From Chrysomallon squamiferum (lineage: Eukaryota > Animalia > Mollusca), in NCBI GenBank assembly GCA_012295275.1, contig CM022674.1, forward strand, positions 8,060,001 through 8,124,000: a stretch of DNA of 64,000 nucleotides, in the 5' to 3' direction. A program made the translations under genes and the position numbers. This document shows positions 1 to 18,796 of this stretch, one piece after another; the stretch's first letter is position 1, and every line of letters begins with the position of its first letter. The notes under the pieces are model-generated. The model ran no database searches and was not told where the DNA came from. It saw only the letters and a list, made by a program, of their open reading frames with translations.

Positions 1-425
1 GCCATTTTTTTTGGTTTAAAGTATCAGTTGTATATTTATGTAAAGTTATTTTTAAAAGCTTTTATTAAAAGTTTTATGTTACAGCTACGTCTACACATCA
101 TTAGATTTATCTGTTTTATATATATGCTGACTTTACTATATTAACATGAGATATTAACTTACTCTCTTGTAAATAAGACATTTATTATTAATTTAACTGA
201 ATTTATTTTGTTTTAGAATTAGGCAGACTGTCACAGATAAAGGAGGCTCTAACTGATCATTCTTGGTGTTGTTCCTTTAGAATTTCAGATACAGGATAGC
301 TAAACTAAACATAATAATCATTAGATATATGCTAATGTTACAGAATTAGCTGGATAAATGAAGTTTTTCCCAGTGACATTGTTGTTTTTTGTTATTATTG
401 TGTGTATTAATTTATTTGATCTGAG

Positions 426-1156
426 GACTAGGTAGACTGTCGCAAGCAGAGGAGTATTTGGCGCAGGCTCAGTGGACTGTACTGAAAACTCCCGAGTGTT
501 CTAATGCAATCAAGTCCAAACTGTATCGTAACCTCGGACTGCTCTACGCTGCTAAAGCTGATTATGAAGAATCACTGAGACAGCTTGCTGATGATGTAAG
601 TGCTTGATTAGTATACGGGCAGGATGATTAGGTCAGTGACAGGATTTGATTAGTGTAATACAGGGGAAACAATCTGACAGTATTTTTAATAATGTAATAA
701 ATAATTGTAGTGTTCTCTATCCCAGTTTAACCAGAATAAAATATCAAAATAATTCCAACATAACCATATAAATTTAAAAAGAGAAGTCTAATGAAAAGTA
801 GGCGAAGAAGTTAGAATTTACCAGGAAAGTACTTGGTTGTTGTTATTTTATTTTATTTCAGATCTTAGAATTAAATAGCTTATTTAATATAAATAAGGAA
901 TTATTGTAGAAACAAAAAGTCATTTAATTTTGTTTTGGTTTTTACAGATTTACCATGCCTCTGAGGAGTTTGGAACTGATGACATACGCACATCAGGTGG
1001 TTATTTTCACATGGCAAATGTCTTCTTCAGGCAGGGTAAAATGGACATTGCAGATTCACTGTACAGACAGGTATGTTAGTGTGTAGCCCTATAGCAATGT
1101 GTGGTGTACTTATGTCTGTGTATTTACTTGAGAAACGGACACTGTGATGTATATTT

Positions 1157-1203
<47 letters not shown>

Positions 1204-1716
1204 ACTCAGTATGTTTAAGTGGATGACTCACTGAGTGTGAGTAAGTGACTGAGTGAGTAATCAACTGATTGATTGATAGTTCACAAATTGTATAGTGAAT
1301 GTATTTAAGATATTGTGTATTCACTTAAATAGATATGTGTGTTTGTATGTTTACTTGAAGGACAGCTGTAATGTTAGACTAATACAGGTAACTGAAAATG
1401 TAAGTTAATTGGCTCAGTTGTTGAAAACATTTGTTCCTCATTTGTTCTGTCAGTGGGAGACAAAGGCTTATGTTTATCTGCTTTGAACTGAAACACCTAG
1501 TCATCATTTACATTACTGCTGGAGCTGCAGTTTGACCTTGACCTCTGCCCACTGTTTTGTTTGTTTTTATACCTGCAGGTCACTGATATCTGGTACAGAC
1601 ATCTGCAGAGAATTGTCTTGTCAAGAACCAAAACTCCAGAGACACCAAAGGGTGTTGGCCCAGGAGCTGTAGAAATTGTGTTTGAAGAAGAAGATAGTTT
1701 AGGTAGATTTAGTATA

Positions 1717-1747
<31 letters not shown>

Positions 1748-1887
1748 TTCTTTTTAAAAATGAAACAAATAATAGCTTTTTTTGCTTCTTTTAAAAAAAT
1801 TATGTCAAACATTTTACTTTTTACAGATTGTTGGTGTTATTCTGATACAGAATAATATGTATGCATTTATCTGTGTGTGTGTGTGTG

Positions 1888-1946
<59 letters not shown>

Positions 1947-2664
1947 TTAAAAAGATAAGTGTACCAAAATTACTTTTGTTAAATTATCTTTTCTGTTACA
2001 AAATTCTGTCCCAACACCCCCCCCACAAAAACCCCAACTAAATAGAGATATTTATAACTACTGCAGATGAAGCCCAGGAGGCCGAGGCTGTTCAAGTTCT
2101 GAATTCTATTTATGACATCAGAGAAAACCAGTCTAAAATAAACACTCAGGATCTGGCCATTGTTTGTCACGCTTTAGCCATGCTGTACTTTGTACTGCAG
2201 GACATCACACGAGTAAGTCATTAATCTTACACATATACACAAATGCCCTTGTTGGTATAAATAATTTTGTACACACGTTATTGATTAGTTTGTTTTTGTG
2301 ATCACTCTCCATTGAAATAATTATCAAGCAATTATTATAATTTCATTGTAACATCATTCGAAAAGTTTAAAAGAAAATGGCCTGTTAGTGTGACTTGTTG
2401 AGTGCAATGTTTTTGTATCCTGAGATTATCAGGAATATTTTAGCTAGCTGTTACGAATTCTTTGATCTTTATTTTTTGTATGGGAGGATGTATTATTTTT
2501 TTAAATAAACTGTTTTAGAACTGTTTCAACTGATATAACTATTGCTTTATCCACAGGCCAAAGAGTTTGGAAGGAAAGCTGTTGTGGCAAGTGATGGCAG
2601 TCCGGATAACAACTTTTCAAGAACAATTATTGAGTTTATGAAAATGTGTGAAAGAGTAAAATGA
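426..2664 (+). CDS. ZMYND12: ZMYND12 (zinc finger MYND domain-containing 12), 3' five exons; 5' part lies outside the window
   Basis: Phase-consistent GT-AG exons 426-595 (first acceptor could alternatively be 432), 948-1070, 1579-1702, 2067-2212, 2557-2664 (TGA). Translation GLGRLSQAEEYLAQAQWTVLKTPECSNAIKSKLYRNLGLLYAAK...IYHASEEFGTDDIRTSGGYFHMANVF...VTDIWYRHL...DEAQEAEAVQVL matches my recollection of the ZMYND12 TPR-like region. Confidence 0.9.
1161..1200. repeat. (GA)n microsatellite
   Basis: Pure GA run in a ZMYND12 intron. Confidence 0.95.
1873..1940. repeat. (GT)n microsatellite
   Basis: Interrupted GT run in a ZMYND12 intron. Confidence 0.95.
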
Positions 2665-4809
2665 ATAATTCCTGCTGATTACTTGCTTTCTATTTATTTA
2701 TTTATTTATTTTTATTTATATTGTTATTATTATAGTTTTTTTCATTTTTTTTTTTGAGTTCTTTCAACAGCTTTCGAAGAAAACTACCACACAATTCACT
2801 GGCCTAAAGCACATTGCTGTTTCTGTTCACATCTGAAATTCCCGGTTTATTAATTAAACACAGAAACATTTGTTTTGTTAGTATCGATTGGCTGTACAGA
2901 TAATTTCACTGTTTAACACAGGCATTACCTCGAAACAGTGATATGACTTCACTGGCAAAAAGGTACATCAGTATTCAGAAGTCTAGATTTGAATTTCTAT
3001 AATATTAACATTCTTCTTTTTTATATATTGTTATCTAATATTTATTTTGCGTGTTTGTTCCTAAAATCACTAGGTCATAAAACTGCTACAAATAAAAGAA
3101 ATTATTTTTTTTAAATATCTGCTTTCAAGTTTTTATTTTGTTTTGGGCGCTTGGAAATGAAGGATAAATTATTTTCAGGACTGTTCCTGTAGACTGATGC
3201 CTAATGTGATTACCTACCAGAAATATAGTATTTCTTAATGTCTTTTTTACGATAAATTAAGAGGAACTCTTTATATTTATTAACAAACAGCTGTATCTAT
3301 GATGGGTGCTAAAAGGGATTGTGCACAAATGATTTTTGTCACAGAATGTTACATGATAAAGAAGGTCACTGGAAAAAGCTCAAAATAACTAATATAAATA
3401 AGTGGCCACTCTAATCAGATTTGATTGTATTTGTATGTAACAGTAGAAAACATCCACTCATTGTTTTCCAGAGTTTGAAGTTAACAAAACAACAACTGTA
3501 TACTCACAGTTGGTTAGTTTGTTTCTACTTAACCAACTAGTTTAATACTAGAACTAAACAGTAATATAACACTTGTGTAGAGACATGCAGCATTGTATGA
3601 AAAAACCCAGTTAAAAACATCATCTGATGGGCTAATTGCATGACATTTGTGATTATTTACTCTGCACTCAACTTTTTAACTTTCCATGTACAAAAATAAT
3701 CATGAAAATGTAAACTTAAATCCTGTTTTTTTGGATTTGTTGTATTGTAACCTGAACTCTGATTACTGCAGTAACAAATAAACTTTCATTTAAAATATAT
3801 ACATATGTGAGTGTGTGGATGTGTGTTTTTTTTCAAGGACTGTGATAACTACTGATAAAATTATAATATTTATATTTATTGTTCATCTGTTAAAAATGGA
3901 AAACAGATGCAGTACAAAACAGAATTAATCAAATAAATAACAAATACCATGCATAAATAAATTAGCAACATTTTGGTAATTCTAGATTTGTAGATATTGC
4001 AGTGCACAAACAGAACAACATACAGGGTTCAAAACAATTTTGTCAGTGTTATTTGTCTTACATTGAAAGTGGTTACAAATTCTTTAAAACTGCTGGATAG
4101 GACATTTATTATGTTTATTCAGTGGTGATAAATACTGCAAAGAACAGTTGTATGATTTCTTTGTCATAAAGTAAAATTAATAACAAACTTGTGAAGATGA
4201 CATTTTTTTTCAATATTTTTACAATCTGTTTTACAAAACTGATACAACAGCAAAAGGAAAATGATTTTCAGACATCCTCACAAGCCTGTATTTTATTGTT
4301 GTACTTCATTAATGTCAATGACTGATTTCATGAGAACAGATAAACTAATAATTTAAGCTGTGTGTGGGCACACTACAGATTCAGAATCACATTCCCAGTG
4401 AAAGAAACCACATTTACCACTGAATTTCATTTACTACTGAACACAAAAATTACAACTGTAAATAAATCTGTGTTGAAATAGCACTTTACTTCATTTTAAA
4501 AACAACTGGAAACCACTGCACTCACAGAACAATTAAATATTCAGGTAGACTAGTTAGTTTCTATTAATTTCAACCATGTCAGCTAATGATAGTGTAGATA
4601 TTTAATTTATTAGGTCTGAAATAAATATAAAGTGTTGATACAAAACATACTGATAATATCTTTCATGTAATAATATTAACAGGAAAACAAACAGTTGATT
4701 CAGAGATGAAGTTTACTAATTTCCCATCTGGGAATTTAAAAGTAATAATAACTTAAACACCACACAGTATGAAAAAATATCCTATGAACTTTCCTATAAA
4801 ATGATTATA

Positions 4810-11752
<6,943 letters not shown>

Positions 11753-12260
11753 ACTGATACAGACTCTTAAAATTGTTTAAACACCTCGCTGGCATCGCGT
11801 TTTAGAAATATTCCAAAAGACGAAGTCGCACTGACATGTACAGACGAACATTCACGTGAACGGCTTTCTCAAACACATGCACGTACATTGCGCAGTTACA
11901 AGATGAACGGAAAGCAAACAAAAACTGACTACCGACCCATTTCCATCGCTGTTGCTTCTCTAGCGTACGGATGCTAATATTAGCACCTCGCGCAATCTCC
12001 CGGATAAGATTTCAGTAACAGCGGTAAACAACAAAGCGGGTTTTAGAAACAAGTAAAGCTAGTCATTAACGATGGTCACGTGATATAGACTGAAGTACGG
12101 ATAAATAATTAAAGTGCAGGAAGTAAGCTGTCATTAAAAAAAAGAATATGTTTAAACATAGTTTATTTTGTATGTATATCAGTGTTTATATACAGAGGAC
12201 ATTTTATAAAACACGTTTTATATTTCATGTCTGCGTAAGATAGAGTTCTGACTTCATGTG

Positions 12261-12263
<3 letters not shown>

Positions 12264-12327
<64 letters not shown>
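12264..12327. repeat. (GA)n microsatellite
   Basis: Pure GA run between the ARF-like promoter and the caspase A 3' end. Confidence 0.95.
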
Positions 12328-12330
<3 letters not shown>

Positions 12331-12845
12331 AAGTACATTTAGAAAAAAAATTCTAAACTATTTATAATTGGATAAAATACAAATACATGTAGTCTTCACA
12401 TATTTTATTAGTATTTCTAAAAGTTAAAAAAATTAAAAATACAGTACATTAATAAAAAAAAAATATTCAATATATAATTATTTTAATATTAAAGCTTCAT
12501 ATTTAATGACCTGAAAAAACGTCACACGTATAAATTAATTTAAAATTACAAAGTACATCAAACCTTTCACACTACAACTTGTTTCTTGGAAACTGTCGTA
12601 AAAAATTACAAAAATATGTCACCAGATAGATGAAGTTATAAAGCTGAATCCAATATTTTTTGTTCCTCTCTACAACTCGTTTATTAAAAGTTTTCCAATG
12701 CATTCTCCCATGTTGAAAATATAAAGATTCTTGACACATTAGACACTCTGCCACTATTTTAAATAGAACTGTCAGTTATTTTTTTAACCAAGTTTTTTTT
12801 TTCACTGTGATCTTAATCATATACACTGTGCCTTGTATTCATAGT

Positions 12846-15127
12846 TTAAAAGAATATTTTTTTTAAAATCCAACTAAAAATAATGATTATGATGAATATT
12901 ATCATGTCAGCGTAATGTTTCCAAAACCATTCCACTAAGAAAACACTTCCTTCTTTTCCTCCTCTGTAAGAAACATGCCCTGTAACACAGAAAACAAGTT
13001 AAATGTAAAGCTGTAAATAAAATAAATATAATGGTAAAGCTGTTACTTGATAGAAATAAAGTAAGTTAAAATGGTAAAGTTCTAAATAAATTAAACTGCA
13101 AGGTAAAGCTGATACATACAAAACTGAAAATATAATGCAGTAACTAATATTAAAAAGTCATTTATATATATTTTTCTAAAATTTTGTATTCCACATTACA
13201 GAAAAAAAAAAAAGATATAAAAATTAAAATTAAATGGTAAAAAATATCACATAACTTTGGCAGTCTGGCCATTGTGCTGTCCTGTCAAAGCTATTTAATG
13301 TTTTGTATGATTAAAAAACCAAACAACAAACAAACAAACAAATTCGTGGTTTCACTGATTTTATTTTAGTTTCGTATATTATTTATATTACAACTGTAAA
13401 ATGCATCTTTTATTTGTTTTATAAATCATCAAACTATATTCAGCTTAATTCTGTGTTCTTGTTTTATTTCATTTTAGGCATCCAATCTTATTTCATAACA
13501 AAGTATGTATAAAACAAAAGAGAACACTTTAAAAAAAATTGGTTATCATGGTCTATATTCGTGGCATCATCTCTTTGAGGGCAGATTAATTCGCTCTAAA
13601 GTTTCATTTTTTTCAGAATAATGAAGCTATCTGTACACTAGATGTGCAATGTTGAGAAGATGCAAAAATGGCTACATTCAGACATTTTTGTTATTCTGTG
13701 TTATATCTGATAATAAGTCAACAAAAACAACAAAATAATGGCTTTGAATGTCAAAGAATTTTTATCAAGTTATTTATACATGCAGACACAAAAATGTTTA
13801 AATAACAAAATGTATATGAAAAGATAAATGGTATTGTAGTATACTGTTGTTATTTACCTTGTATTGCAAAAATCATGTCACTTTGGTCTGGTCGACAGGT
13901 GATGTTTGACAGCTCCTCACAATTTCCCTGTGCAACATCATCTGCTACAACATCATTACATTGTGAAGCAGAAGCACAGCCCTTGTCCTCAGTACCTGCA
14001 ATTACATCATTAATTTATACACTCTGTATTCTTCTTTTATTTTAATATCAATCTTCTATTGATATTCTAAACCTATACTACAGCTATCTCCATATATTCT
14101 GAAAAGAAATGAATAAAAATAATAAGGAAAAAAGAAGGAACAACAAAGAACGCCTGTATTTAATAAGTGAATCACACCTGAAATAATGGCTGGATGACTT
14201 TCTTGTACTGCGGACATTCCTTCACTCAGAGCTGACTCCATTACTTGTGTGTTTTTATGATCTAAAAAAATAAAAATTAATAAAAATAATAAAAACGGAC
14301 ACATCAGCTGAATGAAAGTTTCAAACTTGAAACTACATGTATTAATCAGAAATTGAATAAAATAAAATAAAATGAAATAAAATAAAATAAATAAATAAAT
14401 AAATAAACAAATACAGAAATAAATTAATAACTAATTAACTAAAGAAGTCAATCAAATCAGTAAGTCAATACATAAAGTAAAAATGAGAAAATAAAGAAAA
14501 ACAAAAGCTGAATAATTGTATCTTACCTGTATTAAATGTGTTATTACCTGGGTTACTTTCTTGTACTGGTACAGGAATCCCTTCTATGCCCTGATACTCC
14601 ATTACTTGACGTTCATCATGATCAGATGACCTCTCTTCTCTCACTTTATATTCATTTTTCCTGATTTCATCAGCACAGTGTTGGTGACCAGTATCAATCA
14701 AACAAGATATAAAATCTTCATATGCCTCTTTTGGTCGTCTGTTCAGATCAGAAAGTAACATCTGAACTTGTTGAGTTCTTGTTTTGCAGGGCTTAAAATG
14801 ATAAATTTCAAAATTATTTCAAACTAATTGTCATCAGTGACAATGTTTATGCAAAGATTCATCTGAATATATCAGCCTCCACAACCAAACAAGATTGTTA
14901 TTTTAAGTTACAAATAAAGCTACAACATGAAACCATAAACAATTACATAGCTCCTTAGTAAATTTCTAAAACATATTTATGTCATAAAAATAAACAAAAT
15001 AAAACAAAACAACCCCCTCCAAAAACCAAACAAAAAATAAATACAATAAAATAAAATAATAAATAAATAAAACAGCTAAAAATAACAACAAATTTTGAAA
15101 AAATAAATGCTAATAATGCTGCTGCTG

Positions 15128-15158
<31 letters not shown>

Positions 15159-15423
15159 ACTACTACTACTACTACTACTACTACTAATAAATAATAAAAA
15201 TGTAAACAAAAAATAAAGGGAATAAATAAATTAAAAGCAGATGTTTAAAAATATTCTTAGTCGTGTGTGATGAAGAGAGAAATAATACCATCATCATAGG
15301 CTCCAACATCATTTCTGTAAAGATTCCTTTAACTAGAAGTTCATTCCAAAGAGTATCTGGTATGATATTCTCTATGAGAAACAGACGAGATAGAAAAAGA
15401 GCCTCTTTCTGAATGTCATCCAT
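12846..15423 (-). CDS. Caspase paralog A: protease-dead CARD protein lacking the large subunit, with a novel hydrophobic C-terminal tail (~251 aa)
   Basis: Exons 15423-15289 (MDDIQKEALFLSRLFLIENIIPDTLWNELLVKGIFTEMMLEPMMM), 14791-14527, 14261-14178, 13995-13858 (GTEDKG...PDQSDMIFAIQ), 12979-12846 (GHVSYRGGKEGSVFLVEWFWKHYADMIIFIIIIIFSWILKKIFF*). The joined frame is open for 756 nt. No SHG or QACRG exons lie between 14178 and 13995. Confidence 0.7.
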
Positions 15424-15525
15424 AATGGAATAACAAATATCCTAGTTGTCTGAATATGATTTCGAAAGTAATTAAAAACAGAAAATAATAAGAGTTAAAT
15501 ATCTACTTAACAGGTTGTCAAACAG

Positions 15526-15609
15526 AAAATCGAAACTCATAGAGGGGCTTTCCCAAATAAAATCCTGTCCCAGCATGTGTTTTAGAACCCATTTGGTCGT
15601 ATTGCGTCA
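15526..15609. promoter_or_regulatory. Putative immune/stress-responsive motif cluster upstream of caspase A (IRF-like, kappaB, C/EBP-CRE hybrid)
   Basis: GAAAATCGAAACT (~15526), GGGGCTTTCC (15544-15553) and ATTGCGTCA (reverse TGACGCAAT, 15601-15609). The last two motifs recur upstream of copies B, C and D. Confidence 0.4.
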
Positions 15610-15849
15610 GTACATATAACAGACGCAATTTAGGAGATACTTATTCTAATTTCATTTTTGGGGGTAGGTTAAAGATGTGCAAACTATGAGAAGAAACCAG
15701 CAACAAGCCAATAAAGGATACTGATTTTTATTTGAACTTTTATCACGACAGGAAACAAGTATATGCTTATTAATCGATATTTAATATGAATTTTAATATT
15801 ATTATGATTTATGGTTGACATTTATCCTCAAAATTAATTTCATTTGGAA

Positions 15850-15885
<36 letters not shown>

Positions 15886-18796
15886 TTTCAGATAAATTAC
15901 AATACATTAACTTCAGTTATGTTTAGTCTAATAGCTTAAGGAATTATTTTGTCTTTTTTACTAGTAAATTATTTCTTTTTAGAGGAAGTTCTTCCATCAA
16001 CGAGGTAGAAAATAGATTACACCTGAAGGAATGGACACAGTGTTGCAGCTATAGGTTTCGTAACTTTAAAACAAATTACGATGAAGAAAGTTGTTCATTT
16101 ATTATCTGTGGTAAATTTGAAACAGTTGTGGCCATCTCGGTTGATGTGCAGTTTGTTATTGCAGTTGGCTGAATAAATTTCTTTCAGGAGCGTTTGTTTT
16201 ATTTTTTTATTTTACAGTAAGAACGATGTATCTAACATTCATTTCATTTTTTTTTAATTTTTTTAATAAGAACGAACGTAAATTACCAGTTTTTAATCAT
16301 ATTAATAGTGAACGTTAACTTTCCAGATTTAGATCTTGTACATCTTGGACAGTGATATTTAATTACGTTACATCTTAAAGGATTAGAAAAAAGTTAAAAT
16401 ATCCAGAAATGCGAAGATCCAGAGTTTCATAGTCTGGAACGACTTTTTTTTTATTTCTGGGACTTTTTTCCATCTGGGGAGGGCAGTTATGTCTCACCGC
16501 TAGAGCTGTGAAATCTGTTCAGTGATGCACGTTAGAGATTCTTTTCTGTTAAAAACTAACTGCTCCATAAAACAATCCAAGGGTCCGCTTGTTACCAACT
16601 GAGGGGTTGCGACATGGACTGAATACTCGCCATATTTTTGACCCATGTTTATGACCCCTTTGATACAAAAACAAACTGAGTTTTGTAAAAGTGTAATTAC
16701 TGTAATATAAAGTAGATATCCTTTATTTAAACAAAGCTAAACATTAGGCAAACAAAGTGTAAACAAACTGCACTTAGGTGCTGCCAGGTACACGATAACA
16801 TGTGTAGACGATGTGTAACTGGAAGTTTGGTCGTATTGTAACTTTCAGCTTTCCATCGTGGGTCGTGCGTTTGGAAATCACTGGCTAGAGGAGAAATTAC
16901 TTCTTATTTCTCTAGCCTAGCGTAAAGCCTATACACGTAAATCTTTCTACTTACTTGATGAAAACTCTTCTGTTGATTGTGCTTTAGAAAGTTGCACTTT
17001 TTTTTTATGTCGCTCTGCGACTAATTCAATAAGACAATGCAAAATGTTCGCTATGTGTATTTATGCCGACTTCTGCTTTTGACACTAAAACTAAACGAGT
17101 GAATTCACTTAGGTATCAACACACACATTTATTATTAGTACTGTATTGTTTTGTTACTACTACTACTACTCTACCACTACTACTACTATTTTATTTATTT
17201 ATTTATTTTTACATTTAATTTCTTTTAGAAGGTCAAAGAAAGTTCAGACTACAGCTGCAGGACATATTGTTAAAATCAGGAATTTCTTGTATAAATGTCT
17301 GATAAAGTCTCGAAGCAGAGCTAATTACGTCAGCAATTACTGATTTAAATAATTATTACTGATCAATACGTTTTTATAAACTTTTTTCCAGAATAAGATA
17401 AACGTATTATGAACTTTATTTTACCTTTTATAACAATGGTATAAGACTTTGGGATATATACATTTGATGGAAATTTAGTTTTGTTAGTAAATCATTTAAT
17501 CTGAGTTGATTTTGTTTTGTACAGATGGGTATGTGTATCTTACAGACTTTTCAGGTATGGACATTTATTAGGAATGTTTTATCTTTATACATAATTTTTT
17601 TAAACTTAATTATACCTACGTTAGTTTATTCATACCTGACTTAGTCAGTGTACTTGAAAATTAATGTTATTTCGTTTCTTTTCTGTCCAAGCAAACATTG
17701 CCCTCCCGTCAACTCGCGCCTCTGTAAAACTTCTCTAATGTCGGCTTTTTGGAGAAGCGAACCACAGTACTAATGAACCTTTTTTTTCACTCGTGAAATT
17801 AGCCGTGTCACAAAGAAAATATAGCGATCTGCAGTCTGCCTATGACTGTGGTGTATCTCACATAATTTCTCTGTCAAACACACAAACACATACACACACA
17901 GAGAGAAAAAAAAGAAAGACAGAAGAGAAAGAAAGGAAGAGAGAAAGAGAAGGAAATCAATCTAAAAAATACAGGTAAAAAATAATAAACTATATGATAG
18001 TAGAGCATGCTTGCTGTAAATTACATGATTTAAATATGCCTATAAATAAATAAATAAATAAATATGTAGTATTATTGTTGTTGCATTTTTCTTTCTCTCT
18101 TACATATTATTATTTTTAATTTTTTCACTATAATCCTTATTATAACTATTTCGATCATAAAACTATATTACTTTATATGACTGAGTTAACTGTCCTAACA
18201 TGTTTTACTTTAACATTTAAAAAACACACTGAAGAGATCACATTGCTAGAACGTTAACGCCATGTCAGAATTTAGATTTGTTGATTGAGTATACTCTGTA
18301 GTACTGAAATTCTTAACTATTTATAAGTGGATACAATTTGCAAATACATGGAGTCTTCACATATTGTATTATTATCATTATCATTATTATTATATTGTAT
18401 TTTTTTAAATTAAAAAAAACAAACCAACAACAACAAAACAACACTATATTAATAAAAAAGAAAGATTTAATACATCATTTTGTTTAACATATTATTTTAA
18501 TGTTAATGTTTCATATTTTGACATTTTACTTTTTATGATCATTTTGTTAATTATTTTGTTTCTTGGAAGCTGTTGTAAAAATCTGTATGTGGGTGTGATC
18601 ATTTAGTTTTAAGCCAATCAATTTTTTTTCTTTTTATCACTTTTGGTCAAAATTTTATTTTTTGTTTCTGACCAATAAACAAAATATATATATTTTTTTT
18701 TTTTAATTTTTGGCATTCAATTTTGTTTTTCTTTAGTTAAAATGAGGTTCTAGCATCTTGAAAACTAAAAAACAAACATTTTTAATTGAAAAACAT

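Noticed and set aside
2665-4809. Overlapping antisense 3'UTRs of convergent ZMYND12 and ARF-like genes
   Set aside because: Candidate AATAAA signals on both strands (about 3777 plus, about 3880 minus) suggest abutting rather than overlapping ends; cannot be resolved without transcripts.
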